Shown piece after piece: positions 1 to 38,236 of a DNA stretch of 64,000 nucleotides. Under the pieces are notes generated by a model. It saw only the letters and a program-made list of their open reading frames with translations. It did not search any database and was not told where the DNA came from. The translations under genes and the position numbers were made by a program. The DNA is taken from the NCBI GenBank assembly GCA_020137815.1, contig CM035352.1:5890001-5954000 (forward strand). Direction: 5' to 3'. This DNA is from Hormiphora californensis (taxonomy: Eukaryota > Animalia > Ctenophora). Within the stretch, counting starts at the first letter, position 1. Each line of letters starts with the position of its first letter.

Positions 1-2557
1 CAGACTCGAGCAGTTGGATATCACCTACAGTTTGCGGGCTCCACAATGGAGAGCAGTACTCCATCAAGCTTCTGACCAGGGTTTTATAAACAGCGATCAT
101 CAGCTCAGGGTCCCGACTGGAGAACACCCCGAACACCCACTGTGCCATGCATCTTCCTCGCTTGGCCAGATTGACAAGGTGTGGTCTCCAGGATAAGTCA
201 CTGGAAACTTTAATTCCCAGATCCCTTACATGATCCGAAGGTGAGATTTGTGCACCGCCACTGGTGGTGTACTCAATGCCCGCCATAGGAAAGAGATTCA
301 TCTGGGAGTTTGGGTTGTGTCTGTGGGTCAGAAGGACATATTTGTCTTCGTTTAGGACCATATTGTTCGTCCTTGACCATAGCATCACTCGATCCAGATC
401 CTGCTGCAGCTTTACCATGTCAGTCTCAGCAGATATCTCCATCGCCGCTCTCGAGTCGTCAGCGAAGAAGCTGAGTAAGGCATCTTTCACTACTCCCTCA
501 AGATCATTGATGAAGATTAAGAAGAGGAGCGGTGCTAACACACTTCCCTGGGGTACACCGCTTATTATGGTAGCGATCTCAGATTGTGAGCCGTCAAGCA
601 CCACTTTCTGTTTCCTATCGGTCAGGAAAGATTCCATCCATTCAACAATCTGAGAGTGGACTCCATACCGCCTCAGTTTAACGAGCAGTAGACCAATGTC
701 CACGCGGTCAAAAGCTCGACTATAGTCGAGGTACACAGTGTCTACATCTTTTTCACCGCATAAGGCTTTCATAACCCAGTCTATGTGGCCAAGAAGCTGG
801 GTCAAACACGATCGTCCTTTGCGGAAGCCATGCTGTTTTTTTGAAAAAAGGCCATTTTTTTCAAAATGTTCAACCATATGGGCCCTGACGATCCGCTCGA
901 ACAGTTTTATTACATGGCTCGTCAGTGTGACAGGTCTGTAATTTTTTGTGCTCGACTTGTCCCCCTTTTTGTAGAGGGGTACAATGTGACCCATTTTGTA
1001 GTATTCTGGGACTTTCCTTAGTCGAAGTGAGTCACGCCACATGAGTCCCAGAGGTTTCACCAGTACCTCTGCACACTCTTTAAGGATCCGGGAGGGGATT
1101 CCATCCGGTCCGGGCGAGGAAGATACTTCCAGGTCCTTACACACTTTAATGATGTCATCATCGTGTAGTTCAATACCCTCGTCCAACCATGAAAGTTCAG
1201 GCTTATCGAAGGTTGGCTCCTCGGTCTCAGGGTTGTTCGGGTCACTGAAAACCCTACAGAATTCACTTTGAAAAGCGTCTGCGATCTCTTTGGGATCAGT
1301 TGCCATCGAACCATCCTCCTTAGTGATTAGAGGAATGGTCGACTTTCCCTTTGCAAAAGATTTTGCAAAAGAGTAGAAGTACCGCGGGTCCGACTTCATC
1401 TTCAGTACTGCCCGTCGCTCACGGTCATCTTTCCTAGCTAGTACCAGGTCTTTGATCTCTAGGCAGACCTGAGAGAGATGCTCCTCTACTTCTTCTGCTG
1501 CTGCTACTTGGTCCTTACTTTTCAGGGCCTCTATACGTGCTCGGAGTTTGGTTTTCATTCTCCGTAGCTTCTTGTAGCAGTTCGGTTTCCCTTTAGGAGC
1601 TTTAACTTCCGGGAAAACCTCCTGGCAAGCAGAAAGAACTTCATGGGTAAACGCAGCTGGAAAGCTCTGGAAATCACTCTCGCTGTGTAGCTTTTCCCAG
1701 TTGGACTCAGCTAGTCTTTCTCGCAGAAGATCGTAGTCCCCATTGTGCCAGTCTAGAGCTCTGAATCCTTCCAATTTAGCTCGGTGTCTCTGTTGTGGGC
1801 GGGTTGGGTGGAAAGTAAGACCCACTTGTACTAGTTCATGGTCCGACATCTCTGTGCTTACTACCTGAACTTTGCCCACCAGAGATACCTTGTTCACAAA
1901 GAACAAGTCCAGGATGTTTTGGCCTCTAGTTGGAGAGTCAACAACCTGTTGCAGAAAATACTTCTCCGATAACTCAAGGAGATGTCGAGCTGACCGGGTG
2001 TTTTCTGCTGTCCTGCCTCCAATAGACAGGTGATCCCAATCAATTGTCGGGAAGTTGAAGTCTCCCATTAGGAAGAACTCCGTATCCGGATCCTTATCTA
2101 GGTTAGAACCCAAGAACTGGAGAACTCCGGAAAAACTGTCGTAGGGGGCATCAGGGGGTCGGTAGACTACTGCAATACTCATAGAACAAGATGGGAGACG
2201 GCAGAAAACCGCCTCACATGTGCCATCGTCGTAGCTATCTGACCATTTAATCGGAACACCTTCGTCTATATAAAGAAGAGCACCTCCTCCCTGTCTACCT
2301 ACCCTATCAGCTCGAATACACTGGTAGCCCGGCAGCTGGATTTGTGCATCAAGGTGAAAGTCCCTCAACCACGACTCAGTGATACCTATAAAAGGTACAC
2401 ATACTCCCTTCTCCCTAAGTGAGAGAATCTCGTGGTTCAGTACATCTTTCTTCCACCTCGTATTGCTGCGGGCGCCAGGATTGAAACCCCCAGCATTTAA
2501 CACCAGGCAGGCTGACTCATGAAACTGAAGTCTGGCATCTGGCTTTGGGGGAGCCAT
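1..2557 (-). CDS. LINE ORF2: APE endonuclease plus reverse transcriptase (partial, runs off window)
   Basis: Hand translation from ATG 2557 gives MAPPKPDARL...LVLNAGG...GITESWL...MGDFNFP...LDLFF...SDHEL (APE), then YLDYSRAFD, SGVPQGSVLAP and FFADD (RT). FADD is in the same frame as the ATG. Not in the ORF track, probably because its stop lies outside the window. Confidence 0.9.
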   Translation of the reverse strand, partial: MAPPKPDARLQFHESACLVLNAGGFNPGARSNTRWKKDVLNHEILSLREKGVCVPFIGITESWLRDFHLDAQIQLPGYQCIRADRVGRQGGGALLYIDEGVPIKWSDSYDDGTCEAVFCRLPSCSMSIAVVYRPPDAPYDSFSGVLQFLGSNLDKDPDTEFFLMGDFNFPTIDWDHLSIGGRTAENTRSARHLLELSEKYFLQQVVDSPTRGQNILDLFFVNKVSLVGKVQVVSTEMSDHELVQVGLTFHPTRPQQRHRAKLEGFRALDWHNGDYDLLRERLAESNWEKLHSESDFQSFPAAFTHEVLSACQEVFPEVKAPKGKPNCYKKLRRMKTKLRARIEALKSKDQVAAAEEVEEHLSQVCLEIKDLVLARKDDRERRAVLKMKSDPRYFYSFAKSFAKGKSTIPLITKEDGSMATDPKEIADAFQSEFCRVFSDPNNPETEEPTFDKPELSWLDEGIELHDDDIIKVCKDLEVSSSPGPDGIPSRILKECAEVLVKPLGLMWRDSLRLRKVPEYYKMGHIVPLYKKGDKSSTKNYRPVTLTSHVIKLFERIVRAHMVEHFEKNGLFSKKQHGFRKGRSCLTQLLGHIDWVMKALCGEKDVDTVYLDYSRAFDRVDIGLLLVKLRRYGVHSQIVEWMESFLTDRKQKVVLDGSQSEIATIISGVPQGSVLAPLLFLIFINDLEGVVKDALLSFFADDSRAAMEISAETDMVKLQQDLDRVMLWSRTNNMVLNEDKYVLLTHRHNPNSQMNLFPMAGIEYTTSGGAQISPSDHVRDLGIKVSSDLSWRPHLVNLAKRGRCMAQWVFGVFSSRDPELMIAVYKTLVRSLMEYCSPLWSPQTVGDIQLLES

Positions 2558-3825
2558 GTCGGCTTTAACGGAGGACCCGGGAGCCCCTGTACCTGAAACC
2601 TGTTCACTGACTTCTCCATGGAGTCCATTCTCCCTATCAGCCGAGTTAGAATCTCCTCGAACCTTAGAAAATCCTGGTATCTGGCGAACTTTCCGGTCTC
2701 CTCTACCTTTTCCTGCAGGGGAGCTGGAGTAGTGGTGGGGCAGGTTTGTTTTTTTGGCTGGGTCTTTTCCTTCGAGTTAGCCAGCTTGTTAGTTCGAGCT
2801 TTGACTGCAGCTCTTCTCAACTTGTTGTACCCAAAAGGATGGTACAGCTTGCATTTAGAATTAAAACAGCATGCTTCAGTTTGTACAAATTTGCACAGTT
2901 TTGGGTGGAATAGGGAACAACTATTATCGGTACAGCCCTTTTGAGAAGTACCAAATTTCAGGAAAGGTTTGCAAACTGTTAGATGCCTATCCTTACAAGG
3001 TCTACCCATAATCAGCTTTGTCCCCCTCGTCCCATGTTGGCAACCCCACTCAAGAAATGCTTTACACACTGGCCTGTTATCCGGAGTCTCTCCTCCAATA
3101 TCATCCTTTTCCTCACCATCTTTCTTTGATTCCTCATCCGCAGTCTCTTTCTCCGGGTCCTTTTTCTCACTGTTATCACTGGTGCCAGCCCTTTCTTCCT
3201 CAGTAACAACAACAGTTTCAGAGAGACTCTTGACCGCCCCCTTTAGAAGGTCTGTGACTTGAGTCTGCTCACTTTGTGAACTAATACTGTTGTTGCGAGA
3301 ACGGGCTGTGATACTAGCTGGGGTAGCAGCAGTAGGGACCTCAGTTGTGGCGAACGAGTGGTAACAGTTATAACAAAGCCAGACCATGTGTGCGAGAGAG
3401 GAGGTGACCTCTTGGTGCTGCTGTACTGAAGCAGATACCCGGTCACATGCATGTGCCCCCCTACCGCAAATATGGCACTCAATGGCTGGAACACTGTCTA
3501 GAGATAGCTTGTATTTCACATTGCATTCAGCACACAAACACGGTGTCAGCTGGTTGAAACGACGCATAATCACAACAGCCAATTTCTCCCGATTAGAGAA
3601 AACTCTCTTCAAGTTCGGGTCCGCGATGCCCATGAAGGCGGCAACTCCTTCAAGTGATGCTCTGCTCTGTTTGGCAAGTAATGCTGCATTGGAGTTGTCC
3701 GACAGGGCTGGATCAATCAAACTGAGGCAGCGTACTATTTCCTGATTTCCGGATGCAGAACTTAGCAGATGACCCAATGCAGAATTACGGGCATCATGTT
3801 TCTCTCGTGTAGCACTATCCGACAT
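2497..3825 (-). CDS. LINE ORF1 with PHD-like finger and tandem CCCH-type zinc fingers
   Basis: 442 aa. CAEC...CHIC...HAC...WLCYNC, then several C-x-C-x-C-x-H units. Directly upstream of and overlapping ORF2. Confidence 0.85.
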   Translation of the reverse strand: MSDSATREKHDARNSALGHLLSSASGNQEIVRCLSLIDPALSDNSNAALLAKQSRASLEGVAAFMGIADPNLKRVFSNREKLAVVIMRRFNQLTPCLCAECNVKYKLSLDSVPAIECHICGRGAHACDRVSASVQQHQEVTSSLAHMVWLCYNCYHSFATTEVPTAATPASITARSRNNSISSQSEQTQVTDLLKGAVKSLSETVVVTEEERAGTSDNSEKKDPEKETADEESKKDGEEKDDIGGETPDNRPVCKAFLEWGCQHGTRGTKLIMGRPCKDRHLTVCKPFLKFGTSQKGCTDNSCSLFHPKLCKFVQTEACCFNSKCKLYHPFGYNKLRRAAVKARTNKLANSKEKTQPKKQTCPTTTPAPLQEKVEETGKFARYQDFLRFEEILTRLIGRMDSMEKSVNRFQVQGLPGPPLKPTWLPQSQMPDFSFMSQPAWC

Positions 3826-3949
3826 AATTAATCACAAATATAGCAATCAAAACAATCCAAATAGTTACAGAGATTCAGAGAGATTGTGTGTAACAAGTGC
3901 AAAGGTAAAGGGGTGAAGAGAGCACACCAAAGCAAATTAACTTCCTACG

Positions 3950-4087
<138 letters not shown>

Positions 4088-4113
4088 GACGGGGGTAACA
4101 GACCATTACATAC

Positions 4114-30659
<26,546 letters not shown>

Positions 30660-30883
30660 TAACTATACAAGGGTGTCGAGGGTTTTATTTCATAGATGGG
30701 GCAGTGAATATGGAGCTAGAAAAAGGGGTAAGACATATAAACAAGGTACGTATCTTTTTATAAGAGTAAGAAAGCAGCAAAATAATTTCAGTGGAAAATA
30801 AATATACTGACTATCAAAGTCACACTTTTCAAACACACACTTTTCAAAACTCTCTAAGATCGGTCAGCTATTGGGAGATGGTG

Positions 30884-31567
30884 TTAAAGATTATCTAGTC
30901 CAGCACCGAGATCACCCATATCTGGTAGACCACTACCACCCTCTCCATTCCTCTGCTTCATCTGGCTCTCATACATCGTCTTGTTGATCATCTGCTTCAT
31001 ATTATCATCACCAGTCTCGTACATTTGTTTCATGAGGGACATCATCCCAGCGTTGGGGTCAGCATCCTTATCTACCTTGGGTCCCTCGTCCACCTTATCG
31101 TCCTTGGAGGCCTTCAGGGAGCCCCAGTTGCCAGGACTACTCTTCACAAGGGTAATGGTAGCACCAGTCTTGGTGGTTTTAATTGAACTCTCCTCAACAT
31201 TAATAGTGCCCTTTAGGTTGCCGATAGTTAGAGTATGGTTCTTTCCTGCGACACCACGAAGCATCACACTCACTGATCGACTATCGAATGTGGGCTCAAC
31301 TTTCTCAATCTGCTGCCCGGCCTCTTTGATACCTGTGATATAGATTTTAACTGCCTTGTTCGTCTCATCCCACGCGTAGTTGTTAATTTTCTTGGTAGGC
31401 AATCCTTTAGCAGCTGCAACGACAGGTTTAGGCTTGTCGATGGTGGAAAGAATTCCGTTCTGTCGCTTTATCTCAGCTTCCAGAAGATCTCGGACGACCG
31501 GTCGTTTGCTCTGAGACAGGAGACCCTTCAGTTCATCGATGTTGCCTTTAATATCTGTGATGTCCAT
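30884..31567 (-). CDS. CACYBP: Calcyclin-binding protein / Siah-interacting protein (intronless)
   Basis: N-terminal helical hairpin (DELKGLLSQSKRPVVRDLL), CS domain (NYAWDETNKAVKIYI), SGS domain (DPNAGMMSLMKQMYETGDDNMK). Confidence 0.92.
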   Translation of the reverse strand: MDITDIKGNIDELKGLLSQSKRPVVRDLLEAEIKRQNGILSTIDKPKPVVAAAKGLPTKKINNYAWDETNKAVKIYITGIKEAGQQIEKVEPTFDSRSVSVMLRGVAGKNHTLTIGNLKGTINVEESSIKTTKTGATITLVKSSPGNWGSLKASKDDKVDEGPKVDKDADPNAGMMSLMKQMYETGDDNMKQMINKTMYESQMKQRNGEGGSGLPDMGDLGAGLDNL

Positions 31568-31815
31568 GACTTACTACAAAAGTGGAACAGGTTATATTTT
31601 AATTACTTGTTATACAGTTGTTAGTTGTAGTCAAGAAAAACACAAGATTAATGAACTTTGATATTTGTAGAACAATAAGGTGGGTCAATTTTGGGTTTAT
31701 TTGTCATAAAAAGTGGGAGAAATTGTTGAAAATAAATAGTTTAAAAAGATTTTCCGATCCATGCTCTGATGGAAAGACTGATACTGTTATTGTCCCATAC
31801 ATTGTATTACACGAC

Positions 31816-32223
31816 CTAGAATTCTTGACTCTGGGAGCTGGACTTGGCACTCTTAGAAGCTGAAGATTTCTTGGGCAGGAGAACAGCCTGGATGTTGGGC
31901 AGAACACCTCCCTGAGCAATGGTTACTCCAGCAAGAAGCTTGTTTAGCTCCTCATCGTTTCGTACAGCTAACTGTAAGTGGCGAGGAATAATCCTAGACT
32001 TCTTGTTGTCACGGGCAGCGTTACCAGCCAATTCCAGGATTTCAGCAGCCAGGTACTCCATAACAGCGGCAAGGTAAACAGGGGCACCAGCTCCCACTCT
32101 CTCTGCGTAGTTTCCCTTCCTAAGGAGACGGTGAACACGACCGACAGGGAACTGAAGTCCAGCCCTTGAGGACCTTGACTTGGCCTTACCCTTGGCTTTA
32201 GCTCCTTTACCACGTCCAGACAT
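31816..32223 (-). CDS. H2AX: Histone H2A.X-type variant (135 aa)
   Basis: MSGRGKG...[17 protein letters not shown]...; C-terminal SQEF motif. Confidence 0.95.
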   Translation of the reverse strand: MSGRGKGAKAKGKAKSRSSRAGLQFPVGRVHRLLRKGNYAERVGAGAPVYLAAVMEYLAAEILELAGNAARDNKKSRIIPRHLQLAVRNDEELNKLLAGVTIAQGGVLPNIQAVLLPKKSSASKSAKSSSQSQEF

Positions 32224-32342
32224 GATTGCTATTCTGGGAAGATATATAATTAGCTTTTCGAACAGTACAAGTACAGGTGGAAGAGACAAATGTGATTTCA
32301 AATGAATATTAGAAACAATTTTATCCAGCATACCGCATGGAG

Positions 32343-32349
32343 TTTTATA
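32343..32349 (-). promoter_or_regulatory. Candidate TATA box for H2A.X or the putative operon
   Basis: Minus-strand ggggcTATAAAAct about 120 nt upstream of the H2A ATG. Confidence 0.5.
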
Positions 32350-32579
32350 GCCCCGAAAATATATCTTGATTTTGCATTGTAGAATCTACAATGCTTTTCA
32401 TTGAAACAAAAATGGTGTACGAACACATGGTAAAGTCCGTTTCAAGCGACTTGACCCGTAATTCTTGGAATTTGGCGCATTGCGCGTGTATTTACAAAGG
32501 GGAAATCCTGAATTTCCAGGAATCTCAGGTCAAGTCGTTTGAAACGCACTTTAACAAAAGAAACTTAAGACACTCTCAA

Positions 32580-34615
32580 TATTTATTTATTTATTTATTC
32601 AATCTAATTTGTATACATTGAATCACAATCAACATACACGCCCCTTCTTGCGGGCAAAATCGGATATTCAATAAATTCAGACCTCCTGATAGAAATTAAG
32701 GCTATTTAGATAAAGATAGCAGTTATAAAATAGTTGATAATTAAAGTATAAAAGTATAAAAGTATAAAAGTTATTAATTAGATTAAGTTGAGTAATTGGA
32801 TAATAAGGATAATATAGTAAGTAGACGATTAAATAATTAAGTGAGAATTAAGTGTAATAAATTAAATAAAAACTGTGGTAAAAAGATTAAAAAGCATGAT
32901 ATGGCCGATGCAATGAGGGAATGAGAACAATTAATAAAGCTAACAGCCTCGAGATTAACGGTTAATAGTAAACTAATAAAACTGTGATAATAATGATTTG
33001 ACGGGAGATGGGTGGTGGGAAGGGTGATGAGAGGATAGATGATATCAATAGTAATTAAAGCTAACATTAAAGCATGATATTAATCTCGGTAGTTAAATAA
33101 AGGATAGGGCTACTGGGTTAGAAGATCATCTCCAAATGCTAGGCTATCATAGACTTCACTGACTAACATTCTAAACTTGTGTTTGAGGTTTCTATCTCTA
33201 GTGAAGATCAAAGGTATGTGAAAATTGGCATTGCAGACCGAAAGGGGTAGACACTGGTCCCTAAGAGCTGTCACTGCACCAGCCGCCGTACACTGGAATA
33301 GTTTATGGTATGGAGAGTCCAACTGCTCACCACATTCCAAGCAGTAGGGTTCTTCATTCGCCTGGCCACGACCCTGGACGGAAAATGCAAAGTTCTGGAA
33401 CCTTAAATTGTGTCCGTGTATGAAATCAAGGATCCTCGTTGAAGTTTCTCTGTTCATTGATCTTGTAACAAGTGGGCAAGCAGCAACGGCGCCCGTGTCC
33501 ACATATTTTTCCAAGTCTTCAATCAATCCAGTTGTTTGCCCTCTTATAATGTCTGGAAGGGATGCTCGAACGTAGTCGTCCCATATCTTGGAGAAGTATG
33601 CATCCATATCTTCTTTGGAGTAGTGAAATCTTTCCGAATCATACGTCATGAGGTCGCACTGCCTTAAAAAGGACCGTCTTCCTGTCTCCCTCCCAAGGTC
33701 TCCATCCTGTTCACAATCTGCCCACTCGAGGTACCTCTTGACATTCGTCGTGTGATGGTAGAAGTAGTGACTAGGCTCGGACTCAATTTGGTAGAGTTTA
33801 GCAGTCATCGTGTCCCCTGCTTTTAGTCCTTTAAGGATGAATTTCGTTGTTAGAATATCCAGGGTCAGTTTCAGTGGAGGAACACCTGTTAGCATATCTG
33901 ACAGTACGCCTGAGATGTGGAACTGGCTGCCGAGGATTTTCAGTTTTGCTCTTGCAAGAAGGTCCTTAAAATAGTCCAAGCGATGCTTCAGCCAGAGCGG
34001 CGCTGCATAAAGCAGTTTAGTAAGGACGACAGTTCTAAATAGAAGGGACAACGCAGAACTGTTCATTCCTGCTGTTCTAGTGGTTGATCCGGAAAGCTTG
34101 TTCCAAGTAAACCAGCAGTTCTGAAGTGTGTAACTTGCATGTTTCTTGAAATTCAGCTCTGAATCCAGATACACACCTATAGTACCTTACTGGAGTCGGC
34201 ATAGTTAATAACCTTGGATCCAAGTGTCATCCTTGGAAAGTCAACTGGTTCACTTCTTTTCGGGAGTATCACCAAGATTTCCGTTTTATCCCTTTCACAA
34301 TTCACAACGAGTCTCCACCTTCTACACCATGCCTCCATGTAGTCCAGTACCGATTTCATAGCCAAAGCACATTCCTGGTTACTTCCTGTAACCACAACTG
34401 TCCCATCGTCAGCAAATTTGAAGCTCTCACTACATCCTCGAGCCTGAGTTGGAAGATTTCTTGTCGTCAGCAGGTCTGCAACATACAAAATAAACAAGAG
34501 TGGGGACAAAACTCCCCCCTGTGGTAGTCCGATCATAGTGCATCTCCTAGTTCTTCCCACTTTTCCATTAATCTTAAGCCTGACTGATCTGTTCGACAGC
34601 ATGCAATGAAGCATT
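32580..34615 (-). mobile_element. 5'-truncated LINE (C-terminal half of RT plus CCHC finger), frameshifted
   Basis: GLPQGGVLSP and FADD (34177-34614), frameshift at about 34175, CLEC..H...C (33110-34174), (TAAA)n tail. 12-bp TSD AGACACTCTCAA at 32568-32579 and 34616-34627. Confidence 0.92.
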
Positions 34616-35099
34616 AGACACTCTCAAAGGCAAAACGTTACCTTGATCCAGACTCAGAAGCTGATAGGACAAAAAGCTTGCGTGATTATTATTATTATTA
34701 AATCTGTTTACAATAACTTGACACTGTCAATATTGTCCTTGCGTGAGAGTGCCCCAATACAGACCACAAACAGTTAGAATATCAGAGAAATTTGTTTGAT
34801 TGGTGTAATTTTGAGCGTGATATTTTAGCTATTATCTTTCATACAGACCACAGACTTTATGACAGGTTGCAACACCGTTCTGTCGTGCGGCAGAGTTGGT
34901 ACGCTATAACCTACAGCCACACACACACATGGTAACTGGTAACATAAAGGAAAAGTTGCAGTAATCTGTATCGGTAGCCGTCTGCAGCGAAGTGCGAACT
35001 TTTCAGCCCTTTTTTCGCACAACAGATCATGGCTCCATTCTCTGATGCAGTGGTGAAACTAAATGTTTACAAGTTTACAAGTTTACAATTAAAGTTTTA

Positions 35100-35355
35100 T
35101 TTATAAAGAAACAGGCCTTCCCTGAATGGGTCCACCTAAATAAAATTGACCCTCTGACTGGAGGACGATCGTGAAATCCTGTCAAGTAATTGCCCAATGA
35201 TGATTTGAACTGATTCAAGCTCACACATGAATTGACAGCAGCTGGTAGAGTGTTCCATAAATGAGCTGCTCTTGGACCAAATGAGCAGTGAAATTGATTA
35301 GCTCGCTTCGTTTCTGCTCTATAGGGGTAAGGTGGTGGGACTATCCGCATACCCA
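35100..35355 (-). mobile_element. CR1/L2-like LINE 3' fragment
   Basis: SFGPRAAHLWNTLP...SLNQFKSSL...DRPPV is typical of the ORF2 C-terminus. Confidence 0.7.
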
Positions 35356-35729
35356 GTCTAGCGTGCTGTTGAAATACTAGGTTGGCAGAAAATGGTTGGC
35401 AGAAATGTAAATGTAATGTAAATTATCCCACTCAATAGTGAATATATACCCAGAAAAATGGTGCCAACGCACTCTCTAGGATGTGTACACACATTTGTTG
35501 TGAGTCGTGAGAAAGGAGACGAATGACGATATTTGTCAGAAGACAGAAATGCGAAAAAATCAAAATTTGGACTTGGCATACGTTGCGCGCATGAGTGATG
35601 AGGGGGCTGCAGCGCATTCCAAAATTTGGACCAAAAAAACTGACATGAGGAAATTCCTGACAAAAAATCTTTCGATTTTCAGCGCGCGGCTTTCCTTGAG
35701 AAAATTATTTTTGGCAGCGTATTTAACCA

Positions 35730-35953
35730 TAGGGATCCCTAATAAAGTTGTGACTTGTCACCAAACATGTGGTTCCCGTGGCGGCGCGGCTTCAAAATGC
35801 GCGATTGTAACTTGTCACCGCATGGTTTACGCCGCGCCGCAGCTACGCGCAGTGGGAACCACGTGCGTTTTGGTACGCGCACACGCGGTGACAAGTCACA
35901 ACCGCGCCTCCGCAAGACTACAGTGACAAGTCACAACTTTATTAGGGATCCCT
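35730..35953. mobile_element. Palindromic MITE
   Basis: AGGGATCCCTAATAAAGTTGTGACTTGTCAC / GTGACAAGTCACAACTTTATTAGGGATCCCT. No clear TSD. Confidence 0.75.
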
Positions 35954-36104
35954 GTTTTTGCCCGGTCACAATTCGCGCGTTACATTTACATGCATTTTTT
36001 TTAGTCACCCACTTTTGGCACCAACTACAGAACATGTAAACTCATTTTATAATTTTTAACTTTTACCCCCCCAAAAAAATTTGGCACCAACTTTAACGTT
36101 TTTG

Positions 36105-36340
36105 GGGCCAGCGTTAAAATCTGGGTGTTTTGGGAGTGCTGACAAACGGTTTTTTAGGGTTAGGGCTAAGGTAGGGTTAGGGTTTGGGTTGGGGTTTGGG
36201 TTGGGGTTAGGCCTTGACATTCCCTACCAGATAAACTTTGAATCAGCCAAAACGGTTGAGTGGTTTGGCGGTTAGAGCCATTTTAGTGAATCAACTTTTT
36301 TGGCAGCGCGCACCTGTAAACAGGCCTCCAAACACCCAGA
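36105..36340 (+). repeat. Dispersed repeat containing a degenerate (TTAGGG)-like tract
   Basis: Homologous copies at about 59007-59200 and 59264-59400. Confidence 0.8.
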
Positions 36341-36617
36341 TCGTAACGGCGCCCCGTTTTTGGCCATAACTCAGCTAGTTCTTGGCCAAATTGCTTCATC
36401 GTGGGCTCTTTGGAAAGGGGGTATCGAGCTCTTTCCACACAGCACAAGTTTTAGCAAATTGCGGAGCTATGGCACGAAACGGCTTAAAACGTGCATTTTT
36501 TGCACCGATTTTTCGATATTCTCCCCTATTTAATTCTTGCTCAGATCTCTTTATTCAGGGTGTGTATTTCATAACTTGTAAAATCTAATTAACTCATTAC
36601 TCGTTGTAGCGGTGCAA

Positions 36618-38141
36618 ATGAGAGTTTGGTCATGTCTCCAGTTTCCCCAATCAATTATCATCGTGTGCATGTTTACGTTCTTACCCAATCTCGATTCTGT
36701 ATCCCACTGGGTTCGTAAAGATGGTGACATACTGCAAAATGTAAGTAATTTACCCAAATTATCATCTTTATGTTGGATTCTAATTAAATGGGAGGGCATA
36801 TTATATATTGCCAATTATGAATTCAGAATTGTCAAATATGTATGTAAATTCAGATTCAATAATACTTTAATAGAATCCATAATTAGTTAGTAGATCTCGT
36901 TATTGTAAACCTTCATCAGGATCGCTCTCAATTTGATTTGAAGGACTACGGGAACATGCACAAGATAGTAGAACAGGAGAACCTGGTAAAATCTGCAGAT
37001 GACATACTGTCTCACCTTGAATCTGTGAAGAAAAAGATATCAGATCATGCCCCCTTGGTAAGAGACATCAACATGCTCAGTCAATACCAAGAATTAATCA
37101 TTAACAACCTAGTAAACAATTTCACCTAGTGCAGTGAGTATCTCTTTAATAAGTTATTATCATCCCAGCTCAATATGGACGACTCAATTGGCGACAAGGA
37201 CTGCCTAGAGTCTGGGCTATTATCGGATTTCGACTTTTCCATTTTACCTGCCATCGGTAAACTACATAACGGCTCTTCAGTATTTGAGCAGTATATGTGC
37301 GAGGCATCAGTACCAAAGAATGTTCCTGATTGTACCAAAACTCCCCAAACGTTTTCAATGGGAGATTATCAACACATGAAAAGTAAGACACTTCATACAC
37401 CTAATCAACATATTAGTTCTTTCCAATCCAAAGTTTTACTCAACAATCAATACATTTGTTGTACAACTTTGTCAAGTTGTTTTGTTCACTGTGTTTCTGT
37501 TCAGGTATCCCATTTATAAAGGAGACGATGGGGAAGCCTGTGTTTGCCCTTGTGTCGTACATCCCTACGGACGATTTGGCACTTTACGGGCATTGCCTTC
37601 ACAAACACATGCACCAGGTAAAATATAATACCCCCTAACTGTTTCGAGCAGGTATCAGAGTTGCAGTTACAGTTAGATAATCTACAGTAGATTGTTATGT
37701 TCTAACCCTAACGGGGGTTGGGGCGCGTGAAACACAGTCTAGCTAGGCAACCTGTAGATACCAGGGAGCTTAAAGAGGGGTCCAAAATGTTTCACTTTTC
37801 AGAACCAAACGAATTGGCACGTCTATTTCGGAGCATCGTTCTACTGGCGACTAAGGGGTAACGATGTCGCTGCGGCTCAGTGCATAACAAGGAGTCTTTA
37901 CTATGCTGGATCCGACGTGTAAGTAGCTTCTTGTGTTGTTCGCTGTTACATGTGCTTTTAGTGTCAATCCCACCCCTATAATCTAGAGAGAGAGACGAGA
38001 GAGAGAGAGCGCGATGAGCGAGAGAGAGAGGAGAAGACGAAGGGGAGAGAGCAGAGAACATGAGAGAGAGCGAGAGAGCGATGAGCGAGAGAGAGAGAGA
38101 GAGATAGAGCTACTAGCAGAGCTATATAGCTTACTCTCTCC

Positions 38142-38236
<95 letters not shown>

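Noticed and set aside
14-1271. Plus-strand ORFs over the LINE
   Set aside because: Antisense shadows of ORF2.
32224-32331. N-terminally extended H2A (171 aa)
   Set aside because: The canonical MSGRGK start is at 32223; the extension spans an acceptor and lies too close to the TATA box.
36157-36210. True telomere or chromosome fusion scar
   Set aside because: Short, degenerate and embedded in a multi-copy dispersed repeat.
37112-37169. In-frame TAG in the TTC17-like gene (read-through or pseudogene)
   Set aside because: Removed by a 58-nt GT-AG intron.
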